Assembly (NCBI RefSeq): GCF_006345805.1
Contig: NC_043003.1
Coordinates: 110,980,001-111,044,000 of the forward strand
Origin: Octopus sinensis
Lineage: Eukaryota
Direction of reading: 5' to 3'
Length of the DNA: 64,000 nt
The translations under genes were made by a program, and so were the position numbers. Every line of letters begins with the position of its first letter. Position 1 is the stretch's first letter. The notes below the pieces were generated by a model. It did no database searches. It was not told the origin of the DNA and saw only the letters and a list, made by a program, of their open reading frames with translations. This document shows, piece after piece, positions 41,401 to 55,329 of this stretch.

Positions 41401-43179
41401 TTTCCAAAAGTATTTAGTTTATATAATTTTAACCTAGTCACCATTTACGTATTTGGATTCATCTTAAAACACTATTATCTGTAGGTCAATGATTTATATA
41501 AACATGTAAATTTAGCTCTTATATCATCAACTTGAAGAGTTTATTTAGAATTCGTTTTCTAAAAGTTCTTAAATTTCTCGTGTTGCTTATAGCATTAAGT
41601 GTTAAATATCTCTTTTATAAATAATTTAGATTAAATCTGATAATTGAAATATAGATGATTGTTATGGCTGGAATTAACTCGCCCATACCACCCTATATCT
41701 TCGCGAAACGGCCGTCAGACTTTGCACCTGTTCAAGATACCTTTTAAAATCATTTTATACCAAATTTCTCATCTATTTGGATTACCGCTATACATTCACC
41801 ATCCGCATATTTTAATACTCTCATTGATTTTAATACGGAAATACAACCTCGCAAGTACATTTATGCATTTTTATATATTTATAAACATTTATATTATATC
41901 TTGTGTACATAGATGCACCTATGTATTCTGTATAGTATTTCGACGCTTTGAAATATATTGAGTAAATATGAACCCTGACCTTTGAAATCGGTTGTCTCTT
42001 TCTTGGTCATATATATATTTAAATAAAGACAGACTGACAGAGGATAGATAAAAAACAGACATGTAGAGAAGGAAAGAGAGAGAGACAAAGAGACAGAGAG
42101 GGAGAGAGGGGTAGATAGGGAGTAAGAGGGTGAGACACATAGGGGAGAGAGAGGAAATGCGAGAAATAATTATGCAAATAAAGAAAGAAATCTGCTTTGG
42201 TTAGATATTCTCCCCCCCCCCCATATATATATATACGTATATGTATACATATATGTATATATACATACAAATAAGGAAAAGCAAAGACTGGAAATTTTCA
42301 GACCATAAAAATTCATGTATAAGTATGTAAATATTTATACATTACGAGAGCAAAGTTACACAAAGTACAACGAGGCAGAAAATTAAGTAGGAGAAAGTAT
42401 AACGTTACACGTCTGGTAGCTGTTTCTGGACACTGGAAATTACTTGAAATTATTGGCAGATGTAGTTCACAGAATTATATGCAACAAGAAGTGGAAGCAT
42501 ATAAAAATATTTATATGTCCATCATAAAGATGGAGGCCGGATTTACCCAATGTTCATAAACAGTAAATGATATTATGTGAGGAATAAAATAGATAAATAT
42601 GATGATTGATTTATTGATTGAGTGATTGCTTGACCGATATATCTATATAATCATTCTACTATATGTTTTTCCTAGAGGTATGAAGGAATTTTTTTTATGT
42701 CCGTCGCCCGCAAACATCTTTGCCACTATATATATAAAGTGAAGCTTCACTATAGCGTCGTATATTATCGACTAATACCTCCGGTAAATATTGGTGCATT
42801 TTTGTATCGCTATCCTATAATGATACTTTAAGCTGATGGTAGTTTGTTTTTTTGGGAAGCAATATTACTGTATTGCACTATTTTTTTTTTGGTAAACTTC
42901 TTCATTTTTCCCGGTCTGGTATTGAGGTACCGACATTTGAAATTTTGTCTTGGTGAATCTAGCCGAAGAGAACTAATAAAATTTACGTTAAGAAACGTAA
43001 TTTGGGAAGTTAGAAGCCTTGGTCCTAGAACATCTACATCTAGGTTGTACGTTTATTTACTGTTCTTTCAAGAGGTAAGATGAAACATGTTATGCATATA
43101 TATATAATATATATTATGTTGCCAATTAGTCTTTACTATAAAGACCTGTTACTGAATATCTCCCTTTGAGAGATATAGA

Positions 43180-43213
<34 letters not shown>

Positions 43214-43927
43214 TAATAATAATAATAATAATAAATATATAGTCGGCTGGACGTGACAGAGGCTGGACGTATTTTTCGCTGCTCTGAGCTGTCGACAACT
43301 GAAGACACAAAACATTAATACAACCCAGCAGGACAAATGAAAAAATAAGTAAAAATGATTGGAATAACTACAGCTTTGTGTGAGTGATTTAAATTTCCCT
43401 CAAAATAAGGTAAGGAACGTCCATATCTGCAGTTTTGGACATACAAACGAACACCTCAAAAAATTTAGAAATTTTAATATCTTGAATTTTGTGTGAACAT
43501 TTTGTTATCTCTTCTTTCCTGACTAACAAAATATGTAAACATTCCTTTTATTGTAAGAACACAATTAAATGCACGATAAAAAATTAAGGAAGTACGCACC
43601 TGCCAATATATACATACTGCACAACTACAAAAACAGTAAACCACAGCAAAACTTTTAATGAGAAAAGAAAAATTCCAACCGAAAAAGAAATTCAGAAATT
43701 AAAAAATCCAACAAGATGAACATCTCTTCTTCCAATTATTCCCAAAGATTGGAATATCTACAACTTACTGTGAATATACAGGAATATAGAGCTGACACTG
43801 TGGTACAACTCCAGTGGTATGTAAATGTAATGATGATGATGATAATGAGGATGATAACAACAACAACAATAACAATAACATTAATAATAATTATAATAAT
43901 AATAATAATAAAATAATAATAATAGTA

Positions 43928-43984
<57 letters not shown>

Positions 43985-43986
<2 letters not shown>

Positions 43987-44175
43987 CAAAAACACCAGGA
44001 CTTACAAACACATATAACATACAGAAAATTGCACTACTAGGCACTGCACACATCCTACGCAGAACACTTTCCATACAATAACCATCAGAGCATCACAACA
44101 AATCAAAGCACATACCCAAGGCATACAGAGCTGCGCTCGGTAGTGAAGTGAAAGCACGCTATAAAAATAAAACTA

Positions 44176-44180
<5 letters not shown>
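43985..44180 (+). mobile_element. Extreme 3' end of an R4/Dong-like LINE, between (TAA)n tracts
   Basis: KTPGLTNTYNIQKIALLGTAHILRRTLSIQ*, then a 3' UTR and a (TAA)n tail. Confidence 0.8.
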
Positions 44181-44221
<41 letters not shown>

Positions 44222-44287
44222 TAATAATAATATAATAATAATAGTAATAGTAATAATAATCATAATATAATAATAATAATAATAATA

Positions 44288-44325
<38 letters not shown>

Positions 44326-44346
44326 GTAATAGTAATAATAATCATA

Positions 44347-44384
<38 letters not shown>

Positions 44385-44396
44385 TAATAATAATAA

Positions 44397-44970
44397 TAAA
44401 TGCCCTGATGCAGTACCAGGCAGTGGCTCTCATGGCTTCTGATCTTAACTGATTGGAAGTGTTATCATGTACATTGTTTTGTCTTGGTATAAAAGATGGG
44501 CTACATCAAATATTCTGCTCAATACCACAGATTTGCTAGTCAGTTGTTTGAACGTAACCAGTTGAGCATGTCCCTTAGTGGCTGACGATATGTGCATCTC
44601 TGATCACGAGCAGAAGTAGTGGGGGAGCATCATAGCCATGTGTTGAGAGGGATTATTTGGGCTTTGAATAATTCACCTCTGGAAACATGGGTGGTTCTTT
44701 CAACATCCTTAAACAACCCTTATTCAGGGACCTTTTGAGCGGGATGGGCTACTCAACCTGAAGAAAATTCTAACTGGGCCCCACCTGCAAGGTCATGTGC
44801 TGTTTATCTTGATATGAGATTACCATGTCGCGCACATATGGTTGTGATGCATGTGCCTGGTGTACCTTTATCAGACGGGTAGTCATGATCGGTATATTGG
44901 GCTTCGTATATTTTATCCCAGTGTCACTTTGATGGCATGCACTGCTCTCTCACTCAATAATAATAATGAT
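44397..44970 (+). mobile_element. ~570-bp non-coding interspersed repeat flanked by (TAA)n
   Basis: GC-richer block without an ORF, bounded on both sides by TAA repeats; recalled as a high-copy octopus repeat (not verified). Confidence 0.6.
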
Positions 44971-44974
44971 AGTA

Positions 44975-45930
44975 TACTTGTCTCAAAGCATGAAATCAAG
45001 AAAGTATCAAAACAGGTGAAGGAATATCTTAGTGAATTCCAAATACATCAAATTACAGAAACAAGCACAGAAAAAGCTTAAACGTATGAAAACCCGGGCT
45101 AAAACTGCTGCCTGAGATATTCTTTCTGATAAATGGCAAGAAAAACGTCTCAATGGAAAATATCCGAAGAAAGCTAATAGTGCCGATGCTGACAAAGCAC
45201 TTACCCATTAATGATTAGTGTCGTCTGCCTTGAAATCAGAAACAGAAAGGTTTATCATCGCAGCACATGATCAATTCGTACCAACAAGGAAAATCCAGGA
45301 CAACATATTAAAAACGGCATTAGACTAACATTTATATATCACCAACAAAATGAAAACATTCATCATGTTCTCTTCATGTGCAGTCTTTTTTTGCCTACAC
45401 AGTATCTCAAAATGCATGATAGAGGAGCACAATATTTTCAGTGGGCAATATGTAAAAACCTGGACCTGCCGCATGATAAAATCAGGTGGGAATACAAACC
45501 ACCGCCAGTGCTTCAAAAGGATCACATCTCACTTTTCTGAAACTTCACTATTCAAACTGACAGGAAGACAGATGCGAATACGCCAGACATTATATTGAAA
45601 GACTTCCGTCAAAGATCATGCCTCCACATTGATATGACTGTCCCAATCGATATAAATGTATCAGTCAAGACCTACCAAAAACTGAACCAGTATAATGGTC
45701 TTGAAATAGAAATTGGCAAAATGTGGAACCTCAAGACTAAAACAGTACCTGTTGTCATAGGTGCCCTAGGAATGGTAGCAAAAGAGGCTGATTCCTAAAT
45801 AGCTCAGATACCAGGAATCCCCAAAATGGCAGAAATTCAAAAGATATTGCACATGGGAACTGCCCATATACTACGTAATATACTGCATATATAATCACAA
45901 GTTTTAAAACAAACTCATCATTTTCTTGCT
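44975..45930 (+). mobile_element. 5'-truncated R4/Dong-like RLE LINE
   Basis: WQEKRLNGKYPK..LKSETERFIIAAHDQ..; ANTPDIILKDFRQRSCLHIDMTVPIDINVSVKTYQKL..LEIEIGKMWNLKT..VPVVIGALG..EIQKILHMGTAHILR. Confidence 0.9.
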
Positions 45931-47391
45931 CTCTGAAACAATACTATATGCAAAAAGTATAAATACACTTATAATATATCTAGCAAATAAATGTTCTACT
46001 GCAAGTCTTAATTTAGTACTCCAGGTAGATTGTCATTCACTTGGTGATAAGCAACTACTTTTACTTAGCAGTATGACTAGGTATGATATACACAACATTT
46101 TGTTTCAGAAATTTCGATTGGCACGAGTTTATATAGTCAGTGCTTTAGTACGTTTCCCCATTGTGTTTGTTTGGAATTCTGCATTGGATATTCCAAGTGC
46201 AACTGGATTCTTTAGCTCAAAACATCATCAGAGAACATTGATTGTGTTATATATTGTTACAAAGGGTATGTCTAGAGGTGAGTTCAAGGTGAGTTTTTTA
46301 ATAAGTATTTTGAAAGAGAAGTAGAAGGAAAGCAAGCGCAGAGAAAGGTGAAGAGGGACAAAGGAACGAGAGAAGTGGAGGGGGAAAGGAAACAAAAAGA
46401 GAATAAAGTGAGAAAAAAACAAAACACAGTCAGAGTGGAAAAGAAGAAAAATAAATGGAAGAGATAAAAAGCTAAGCTGGACAACTATAAAAGTGAGAAG
46501 CAAACATATACGAACAATAATGTAAATGAAATGAATGTATATATAAGAAATGGAGAACTTTCCAAAGAGGGAGGGAAGGAGACAGAGAGAAGAGCGAGTG
46601 AGATAAAGGGAGGTAGAGAGATGCTTGGCGAGAAAGAGAGTACATCATGAGGGAGAGTGAGGGAAGCAAGAAAGTAAAAAAAAGGAGAGTCAGAAACCAA
46701 AAGCGATTGGGAAAGTGAACATAAACACAAATGTATACATAAATATTAGCAGGTCATCATCTCACACGGGATAGGTGTGCAAAGGTTATTTTGTATATTT
46801 CAAGAAGAACTAATTCTAATATATACCTGGAAAGTGATCTTGTGCGAGAGCGTGTTCAGAATTCTTTATTTCAATCTCGATGATTCAGTGTAAATTTAAT
46901 ATTTTATTAGATTTTTAATGTTGTCAATTCCGATTATATATTCATGTTACTTATTCTCCCATGTTGTTTAACTAGATCTGTTTATCCCTTGTATGGTTGC
47001 CCAAATTAATTTTCCTTCCTTTAGTTCTTACACTATTTTCTTTATTCTTTTATCCATTCTTCTTAAGTACCTCTCGTCCTTTTTATCCTTTCCTCTCGTT
47101 CTTATTTTTGTCTTTTTATTCCGCTTTTTTTCTTTCCATTTACTTTGTTTCCTAGTCCTTTATTATTCGTTCCCATATGCATTCTTTTTACTTCCTTCTC
47201 AAACTACCAATAAAATGCCTCACCATCCACCCGGCTGTTAAACTTATTTACCTTTAGACATGATATTTTTTGCAGATCTATTGGGTCCAAGTATCTACTT
47301 GCAATTGGAAAATCTAATGCCGAGTTCCTGACAACCACAATGACAAAATATACACGGGAACTAGTAATATGGACTTGTGTCTATCACAACT

Positions 47392-47439
<48 letters not shown>

Positions 47440-47959
47440 TATATATAAATATATATATATACTTACATACATACATATCCAGAAGAAGGAAAAAGTTTAC
47501 ATACAAATGAAGTTTATCAATATAGATAATTCAGTTATATCTGTGACTGCGCGTTTCTTCAGGGAATCCGATGTTATAATGTTATTACTTATTGACTCAA
47601 CTCTTAGTATACAATGATATGTTTGACAATCCCATGAGGATATCGTTGTCACGAAACTAGTATATATTCTAGTATTCCAGGACGATGAACTTAGACTGAT
47701 CTAATAGCTTCCTAATAGACAAACTACCGTCGAAACTTTTGATTCGATCTATATTCTCATGGTAAACACCCAGTTTATTTCAAAAGCACATTCAAATAAT
47801 TCATTTATTTTATCTGCTACTTCAATGCCGTGTTGTGTTGACGAGGCTTTATATAAATATAAATGTTATGATTGCATGGAGCAATGCTTCTCAGAGTATG
47901 TGGTAGAAAATTGTATTTGGATGTTTGGGATAAAGGTGCATTCGATACATTTATACTCT

Positions 47960-48360
47960 TACTTGTACTTGTGGAGACATTCACCCTGGGCGGGTTCGGT
48001 CGACTTCTTCTACCACCCTCGAGGCATCTCGAACCATGGCAGTGGAAGAAGTTTCATGAGAATATGAATTTCACAAGCGGTCCCCAACAATCCCGCATGT
48101 AGAGACATCCTGTTTGCCGCAGATTGTTGGCAGACGCAAGGACAGAACGACCGAGGAGCCGCTGGTTGCCGAAACAGACACTCCGAGGATTTTCACCAGA
48201 ACTACGTCTGCCGGGTTGTGGCCCTAATACCACTCGTCGGTGTGAGACCAATCCGCCTAGTGTGGCCCTACCAGGAACCGAAGTTCCCGACGGCATAGCT
48301 CTGACACTACTCGTTTCCAGCGTCCCCACCACGGTGAGGAGGGGATGGATTTTATACTCC
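47960..48360 (-). mobile_element. Probable 5' region of an RTE-clade LINE
   Basis: GC-rich island with ...cagagctatgccgtcgggaacttcggttcctggtagggccacac..., resembling RTE 5' UTRs as recalled; no RT domain present. Confidence 0.45.
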
Positions 48361-49106
48361 TTTCCTATTTGCCTCATATTGAAATATTGGCTTTAAAAAG
48401 TAGTATTATGACAGCTTGTGTGTTAGCCGTAGTCGCATCGCAGATAATAGAGGAAGCAACATCAACAATAATAATATTATGCTTCAAAATACGTAAATAA
48501 AACCGTGTATATAACATATGTTCATTTAATAATCACCTACTGTCGGTTAGTGATATAGTAAGTAGTTAATAATATGGAAGTTGTTGTCTGGAAAAATTTG
48601 TCTTGACTCATTCATATTTCCTGTATGTAGGTTAAAACTGGTGGAACCATTGAGGTGTAGGTACTCAAATGTTTCAGTAGGCCTTGAAACATACATGTTT
48701 GAAATGAAATATTGAGTATTGCATTTGGAATATGCTTCTATTACCTAATTATACATTTGCCGTCCTTTACAATTTCATGGAATTCTATATTTTACGCACA
48801 AAAAATGTTTAGTAATTGTCATAAAATCTAATGAAGCTATATCAGCAACAATACAGAAATACTAAATAACACAATTAAGGTTATTACAGGTAAATTTAAA
48901 TATGGAAAGAAATGTATGGTACATTAGAAACAACTTCAGGCATGATGGTTAGCCAGTATGCTTGGTAGCGGTATGAAACGTATCTGAAACCATTTCCCGC
49001 ATTTATTTGATTTCCCAAAATTCTGACTTGTGTTACAGAATACAAGGAAAAGAGAATTTAAGAAATAAAATTTAGAAATTGAAAATATATACATACACAC
49101 ATCCAT

Positions 49107-49158
<52 letters not shown>

Positions 49159-49161
49159 TTA

Positions 49162-49352
49162 CACAGGGGTTAGACAAAATAATGGAAACACCTGGCATCA
49201 TAATTTTGAAATATCTATAAAACAGTAAAAAGCTTGTTTAATTTTATGTTTTTTTGATTTATTTTTGTTTTGGTAAAATTGCTGTTTCGTTTCAGATATC
49301 ATCAGAAAACGGTAGTTAAAATTCATTAAAATGACAGATTTATCGCAATTCA
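49162..49352 (+). mobile_element. Tc1-like element left end, truncated after the transposase start
   Basis: caggggttagacaaaataatggaaaca TIR-like start; ATG ACA GAT TTA TCG (MTDLS) at 49331. Confidence 0.6.
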
Positions 49353-49572
49353 CCTGTTCATTTAATAATCACCTACTGTCGGTTGGTGATATAGTAAGTA
49401 GTTAATTATATGGAACTAGTTGTCTGGAAAAATGTGTTTTGTCTCATTCATATTTCCTGTATGTAGTTTAAAATTGGTGGAACCATTGAGCCGTAGGTAC
49501 TCAAAAATGTCAGTAGGCTTTGATACGTACAACATTGAAATGAAATATTGGGTACAGCATTTCGACTATGCC

Positions 49573-49624
<52 letters not shown>

Positions 49625-49639
49625 ATGTATATATATATA

Positions 49640-49925
49640 TCACGTGATCACGTGACTGACCAGACCATCAGATGTTGTTATACATCGCTGGTCACAATGC
49701 GTTCGCATTGTTTTAGCTTTCGAATGACGCTACCCCGCTGGCTAAGCGAGCAGGCCAATAGAAGAAAGATTGAGAGAAAGAGTGGTGAAAGAGTACAGCA
49801 GGGATCACCACCCCCTGTCGGAGCTTCGTGGAGCTTCTAGGTGCTTTCGCTCAATAAACACTCAAAACGCCAGGTCTGCGAATCGAAACTACTATTCTAT
49901 GACCGCGAGTCCGCTGCCCTAACCA
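49640..49925 (-). mobile_element. tRNA-derived SINE
   Basis: Reverse head ggaggcgcagtggcccagtggttagggcagcggactcgcggtcatagaatag..tcgatt with A/B-box-like sequence. Confidence 0.8.
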
Positions 49926-51822
49926 CTGGGCCACTGCGCCTCCACACACACACACACACACACACACCACACACACACACATATGTATATATGCATGCAG
50001 AAACGAGTAATAAGCTGATAGTCTATAACAATGAAAACTGTACATTATATTTCTTGCTGGATATAAAGATTACATTTACAACAAAAAAAAAACAACATTG
50101 TAGTACAGACGCAGAAAAATATTAAATAACATTTTGAAAACTACAGACATTTTATGTACCAAACAGTAAAACTATAACGTTATGCATTAATTCAATTCTT
50201 ACTTTATGAAACCCCACATTTTCTTATCAATTTAGTTCTCTATACTTTAATATACATAGTTCTCCCGAGCTATACTATAAATACTATAATAATTCTTAAC
50301 TGAATTATAATTCATTTTTAAAATAAAATTAATGAATTTCGATATCTGGAACAAAATCTATATTCCTACTTATGTATATTGAATGCCATTCTTTAAATTA
50401 TGTTTCAAAATTTGTATTTAAATTGTGATTGCATATGTGTGTATGCAAGTGTGCACCTCTATGCATTTATGGTCATATAAAACAAATTAACACTAAACAA
50501 CTTCCATACATGTGTGATTATGTGTATATATGTCTCTCTGTCTGTCTGTCTCTCTCTCTATCTATCTATTTCCCTTTATCTTTCTCTCTATATATATCTA
50601 TCTCTCTGTATATATATACACACACATATATATACACACATATATATATATATGGATAGATAGATAGATAGATATAAATATAGATATATGCATACATACA
50701 TACATATGCATATACATGTAGAAGATGTATATAAGTATATAAGTGTATATACAAATATAAGTGTACATATATTTACATATACGTGTGCGTGTGTTTGTAC
50801 GTGTGTTTGTGCGTGTGTATGTGTGTTTGTGTAGACATATTTGTGAATGTATCTCTGTTTGTATACATAGTGATATGAAGATACCTAGATATGCATATAC
50901 AGATGGGTATAACTATGTACGAATGTATGTAGGATGGCTAATTTATATTAAGTAGTGGGGCAGATTACCATGTAATATTTGTTTCAGTTTTCTGCTATCT
51001 AATTTCAAATCCCATTCATATGGAGTAGGCGTTTCTCTTTTTTGAGGTCCACAAAAATGTAGGAGTCTAGATTACTCGATTTCTGCTATAGTGAAAAAAT
51101 TGGATGTGACACATTGCGGTACCTCGGCCGATATTTTTACATCTAAATGCAACGCTTGCGATGTCCTTAGTCCCAAGCAGTATCCGATCGTCTTTCCTTT
51201 GGAATGAATCAGTAACAAGAGATGACAGAACAATATAATCAAGGTCGCGTGCATTGCAATGTCATATTGTAATAGAGTAGATACCGAAGAAACTGAAAAA
51301 AACAGGAAAAAATATTTGGAGAAGTGAAAACTAAAACAAGAATTTTTCCTATGATAGCTAGAATGCTTAACACAACTTCTAAACAGCTATCTAAGTAGCA
51401 GACGGATATTTAAACTGAGGCTGCAGTAAAGCGTAGTCCTATATACTGCAAGATACCCACGAATGATTTCTAACTTGCACACATTTCGATGTTGAGTGGA
51501 GGAAGGAAGGTGAGGACATTCTTCGGCTGCAAGAGGGTTGGTGAGGCGACGATATCTCTGTGGACGACACCATTTCAAATATGGGTTGTTCTCCTCTTAT
51601 TGCTACAGGGGGTTTATTTGCGAAGTAGAAAATGCTCTTTAAGAAGCAAAAACTACTACAAAACACCAACCACGTCTCCTGGTGTTCTTAATGACAAAAC
51701 ATATAAAAACTTTTACATATTAACAGACACCAAAGGGATAAAAACAACGACATCAGCGGAGACTTAAGCGGTGTGGTCAAAAATATGTCCGAACAATTCC
51801 GCTAATCAATAATGATAATGGC

Positions 51823-51855
<33 letters not shown>

Positions 51856-54001
51856 AATGGTGACGATGATGAAGAGGATGCGGATGACGGCGTCGACGAT
51901 GAAGTTAGTAATAACAAGAGAAACAACAAAAACAGCAGCAATAATCACAGTAACCATTGCAACAATACCAACAAAACTTACTACAACAATAATAATCGTC
52001 ATCGTCATCATTCTGGAGCTATAAACATGAAGGATAACAGCGGCCACTCCACAAGATTCAGTTTTGCGATAAATCTATATTGATGGGCTATATTAAATTT
52101 GTTACACTCATGCTTGGAATATTAATTGAATATAAGTCTAAGAAACATAGTAAGACAAGCCATGTGATGCGATTCAGAAGCTGCGTGCGCACGCACCCAT
52201 CATATTCAATAAAGCAACCTTTTACATTTTAACGCAATTATTCGTGTTTCAAAACTGATTTACTATTCTGTGCAATGTGGTTGCAAAGAACTTATTTTTC
52301 TCCATAGATCAAATAATGACCGGCTCTATAATCAGTTCTTCCAGGATAACTACAAGAGAGGATATTATCTCTGCCCATCAGTAGTGTAGATCATTTGTAC
52401 ACCTACATTTCAAAACGGAATCTCTGTTATTACCATCAATTACACCAGTTTTGAAATCATTCTCTCGCTTCTCCTGGAAGTGCTTTTTTTTCAACCAATA
52501 GATCGATATACTTTGTACTATATATCCCCCTTAATCTTTTGATATAGTTACTGATTCAGAAATGCTTGTACGTTTCAGAGGTAGTTAGCTTCAAACATTT
52601 TATATAATGCATAACACTCATATTATACACGGAATTTGTCATTTGTGTGAAACGATGCACCACGTATAGAGACGTTTGATTTAATGATGGATGAATTTTT
52701 CACATAACTTCTGCGATTTCAAACATGCATGTAATTTCTAGTAATTTCTACTATAAGTATACATACAGAGACATAGAGACACACAAACATACACACACAC
52801 ATGCATACAATCACCGACACTTATGCATTACACACTATAAAATCATGCATATATTCCATATATGAATATGTGTGTGTCTTTGCCTCTGTGTGCATGTGTG
52901 TGTTTGTATGTGAAGACAGGTGTATAGTTCACGATTACCTGTAACGTAATTATCTCTCTGAGATGCCATGGAAAGTCTGAAGCTTTGAAATACTGTGAGA
53001 CACGGAGAGAGGGAGAATCATGTGGCCAATTTTACTTACAAGGATTGAATAGATCCAAGTCAAACTTTCACAAGTTTACTTATTGTACAATGGGGGCGGG
53101 AGTCCCATCGTTATGGGAAGTTATTCTTCTGCACACATCGGTACCTGCATCCACGTATACGTTTGTATCTCTTCGTGTGATTGTGTCTTTCTGTGTGTGA
53201 GATTGTATGTATATATGTATGTATGTCTGTATGTATTTATCCATCTACCTATCTATCTTTCTACCTGTCTATCTGTCTGTCTTCCTCTCTCTCTATATAT
53301 TTATATATATATATATACGTATTTGCGTATATATTACGTTGTACTATTTTATAGTGTTTTACCTTATATTATATTATAGCATATTATTTAAATGTGTATG
53401 TATTTGCGATCTTTATAATTTTCAAATATGATGTGTAACTGAGATAAAGATACGGCAATCGATTCACTTAGATTTATATTATTTATAAAACGTATTGACA
53501 TTTTACATACAAAAACATTTAAATATCAAGACAACAGATTCAAAAGAAATCACATTGGCGTATATACCATTTATTCTCTCTTTTTGTCATAAAATTTAAT
53601 GCTGGTTTTCTTATTCAAATTCATCATATCAACAAAGGACTTAATATATCGAAGTGTGATCCTATATTATTAATATGCATTTCAATGTGTATTGTCTCGC
53701 ATATCTAGCAATGTTCGTTTTATTTTATGTCATTCTATAAATTTATCAGATATTCATGTGCCAGTTAAAATTCCAAGCAATGCATACTCTTCTGTTTGTT
53801 CTTTGCTGTTAAGCCTCAAATAAATATGTCTGCTGCAGTTTTCTAATATTTTGGATCTATTAAATTTCCTAAAATCATTCAGTTCAATCTGGCACTTGAT
53901 GTATCACGATATTTATATTACAAATAAATGCATATATCTGTGTGTGTACATGTCCGTGTGCTTGTGTGCTTTTGTTTAACCGTGTGCGTTTGCAAATTTG
54001 T

Positions 54002-54064
<63 letters not shown>

Positions 54065-54273
54065 TAAGCAATAAAGGGTTTAGCAACGAATTGCCTTACC
54101 CCATACCGAATTTAGAAATAGCAGTCAAAGAGTTATAGCTATTTCTTCTACTAAAAAGGGAGATCTCAGTAAAAACAGCAATTGGAAGGCAGACACAAAC
54201 AGGTAAGAGAGAATGAATTGACGGCAATCTATCATACATTTTTAAGTTATCTACGGACGTAGATATATATATA

Positions 54274-54318
<45 letters not shown>

Positions 54319-54329
54319 ATGTATATATA

Positions 54330-55181
54330 CAGTACCGTGCAAAACCTTACGGCCCCTTTAAACTATTGTAAATGTCTACTAATTGTCAACTGATAGGTCG
54401 ATGTTCCGCATTGCGTTTTTACAGATGAAACATTTGCCCTGGTGTAGTAGGGGTTCTGAATAAGAGGGGAAGAGGTGAGATAACCACCAAAAATGGCCGT
54501 GCAAATGTTTTCGGCCGCCTCGCATAAACCAATCAATATACAGTTTAAGAAAAGAAAAAAATGTCTATAATGAAATTGTATTACATAATGTTCATTTCAA
54601 GAAGTCACTGGACATTGTTAATATTTTATGTAGTTACTCTTAGCTTGAATAGTCGCTTCAATATGCTTGGACAGAGATTCGTACAAATCCGTCACTATCT
54701 TGAAAGGTTTGAGATGCCATTCTCTGTGGCTGAGCTCCCACAACTCTTCAAGATTGCGTGGATACTTCTAAGGAACTATCCTCTTTATTTCTGTCCATAC
54801 TTACTTGATGATATTCAGATCAGGACTCTGAGTTGGCCAATCGTTCAATAAGGTAGCACCTCCAACGACCAGAATTTGTTCTGTTTCACGTGATCTGTGG
54901 CATGGAGCTCCGTCATGCTGAAATATCTCACCTTCATCTAAGTCTGGTATCAAATTGACTTTCAGCAACTGTATGTATTTGGCACTAATCAAGTTACCGT
55001 CAATATTAACCACTTTTCTTAAGCCATCAATTTTAATGTATCCCCCAAGCATCAGTCTCTGATCCCCAAACTTTACTGTTTCCCTCGTGTAACTTGGGTC
55101 GATTCACTTTCGAATAAACGAGAATTTGCCAGAAGGCATCAAAGAATAGTTTAAATTGGCTGTACCTTTTGCACGGTACTT
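54330..55181 (-). mobile_element. Internally deleted Tc1 element (DD34E) with both TIRs
   Basis: TIRs cagtaccgtgcaaaa...tttaaactatt and aatagtttaaa...ttttgcacggtact(t), in TA context. Catalytic domain ETVKFG..LM.GG, IFQHDGAPCH, WPTQSPDLNII; N-terminal half missing. Internal repeat of the TIR motif at 54495 (IR/DR-like). Confidence 0.92.
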
Positions 55182-55329
55182 TATATATATACAAGTACGT
55201 TGTACGTATTTACAGTATTTGTGGGGGAGTCACAAAATCGGGCAATTATTTTCTATCCTCCATCTGTTATGTGGTTCCCCTAGTTTTCTATGACTTTGAA
55301 TAAACACATAGCTAACATCAAAGCAGAAG

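Noticed and set aside
45926-46324. 132-aa plus-strand ORF, and the NSALD-like inverted pair at ~46150-46240 and ~47270-47350
   Set aside because: The paired segments read better on the opposite strand as decayed PLE endonuclease relics (CRIPNKHN / CRVPDNHNDKIY); no host-protein signature.
47535-47570. Minus-strand CCCTGAAGAAACGCGCAGTC, hammerhead-like
   Set aside because: Stem II is entirely absent; at most a deleted relic.
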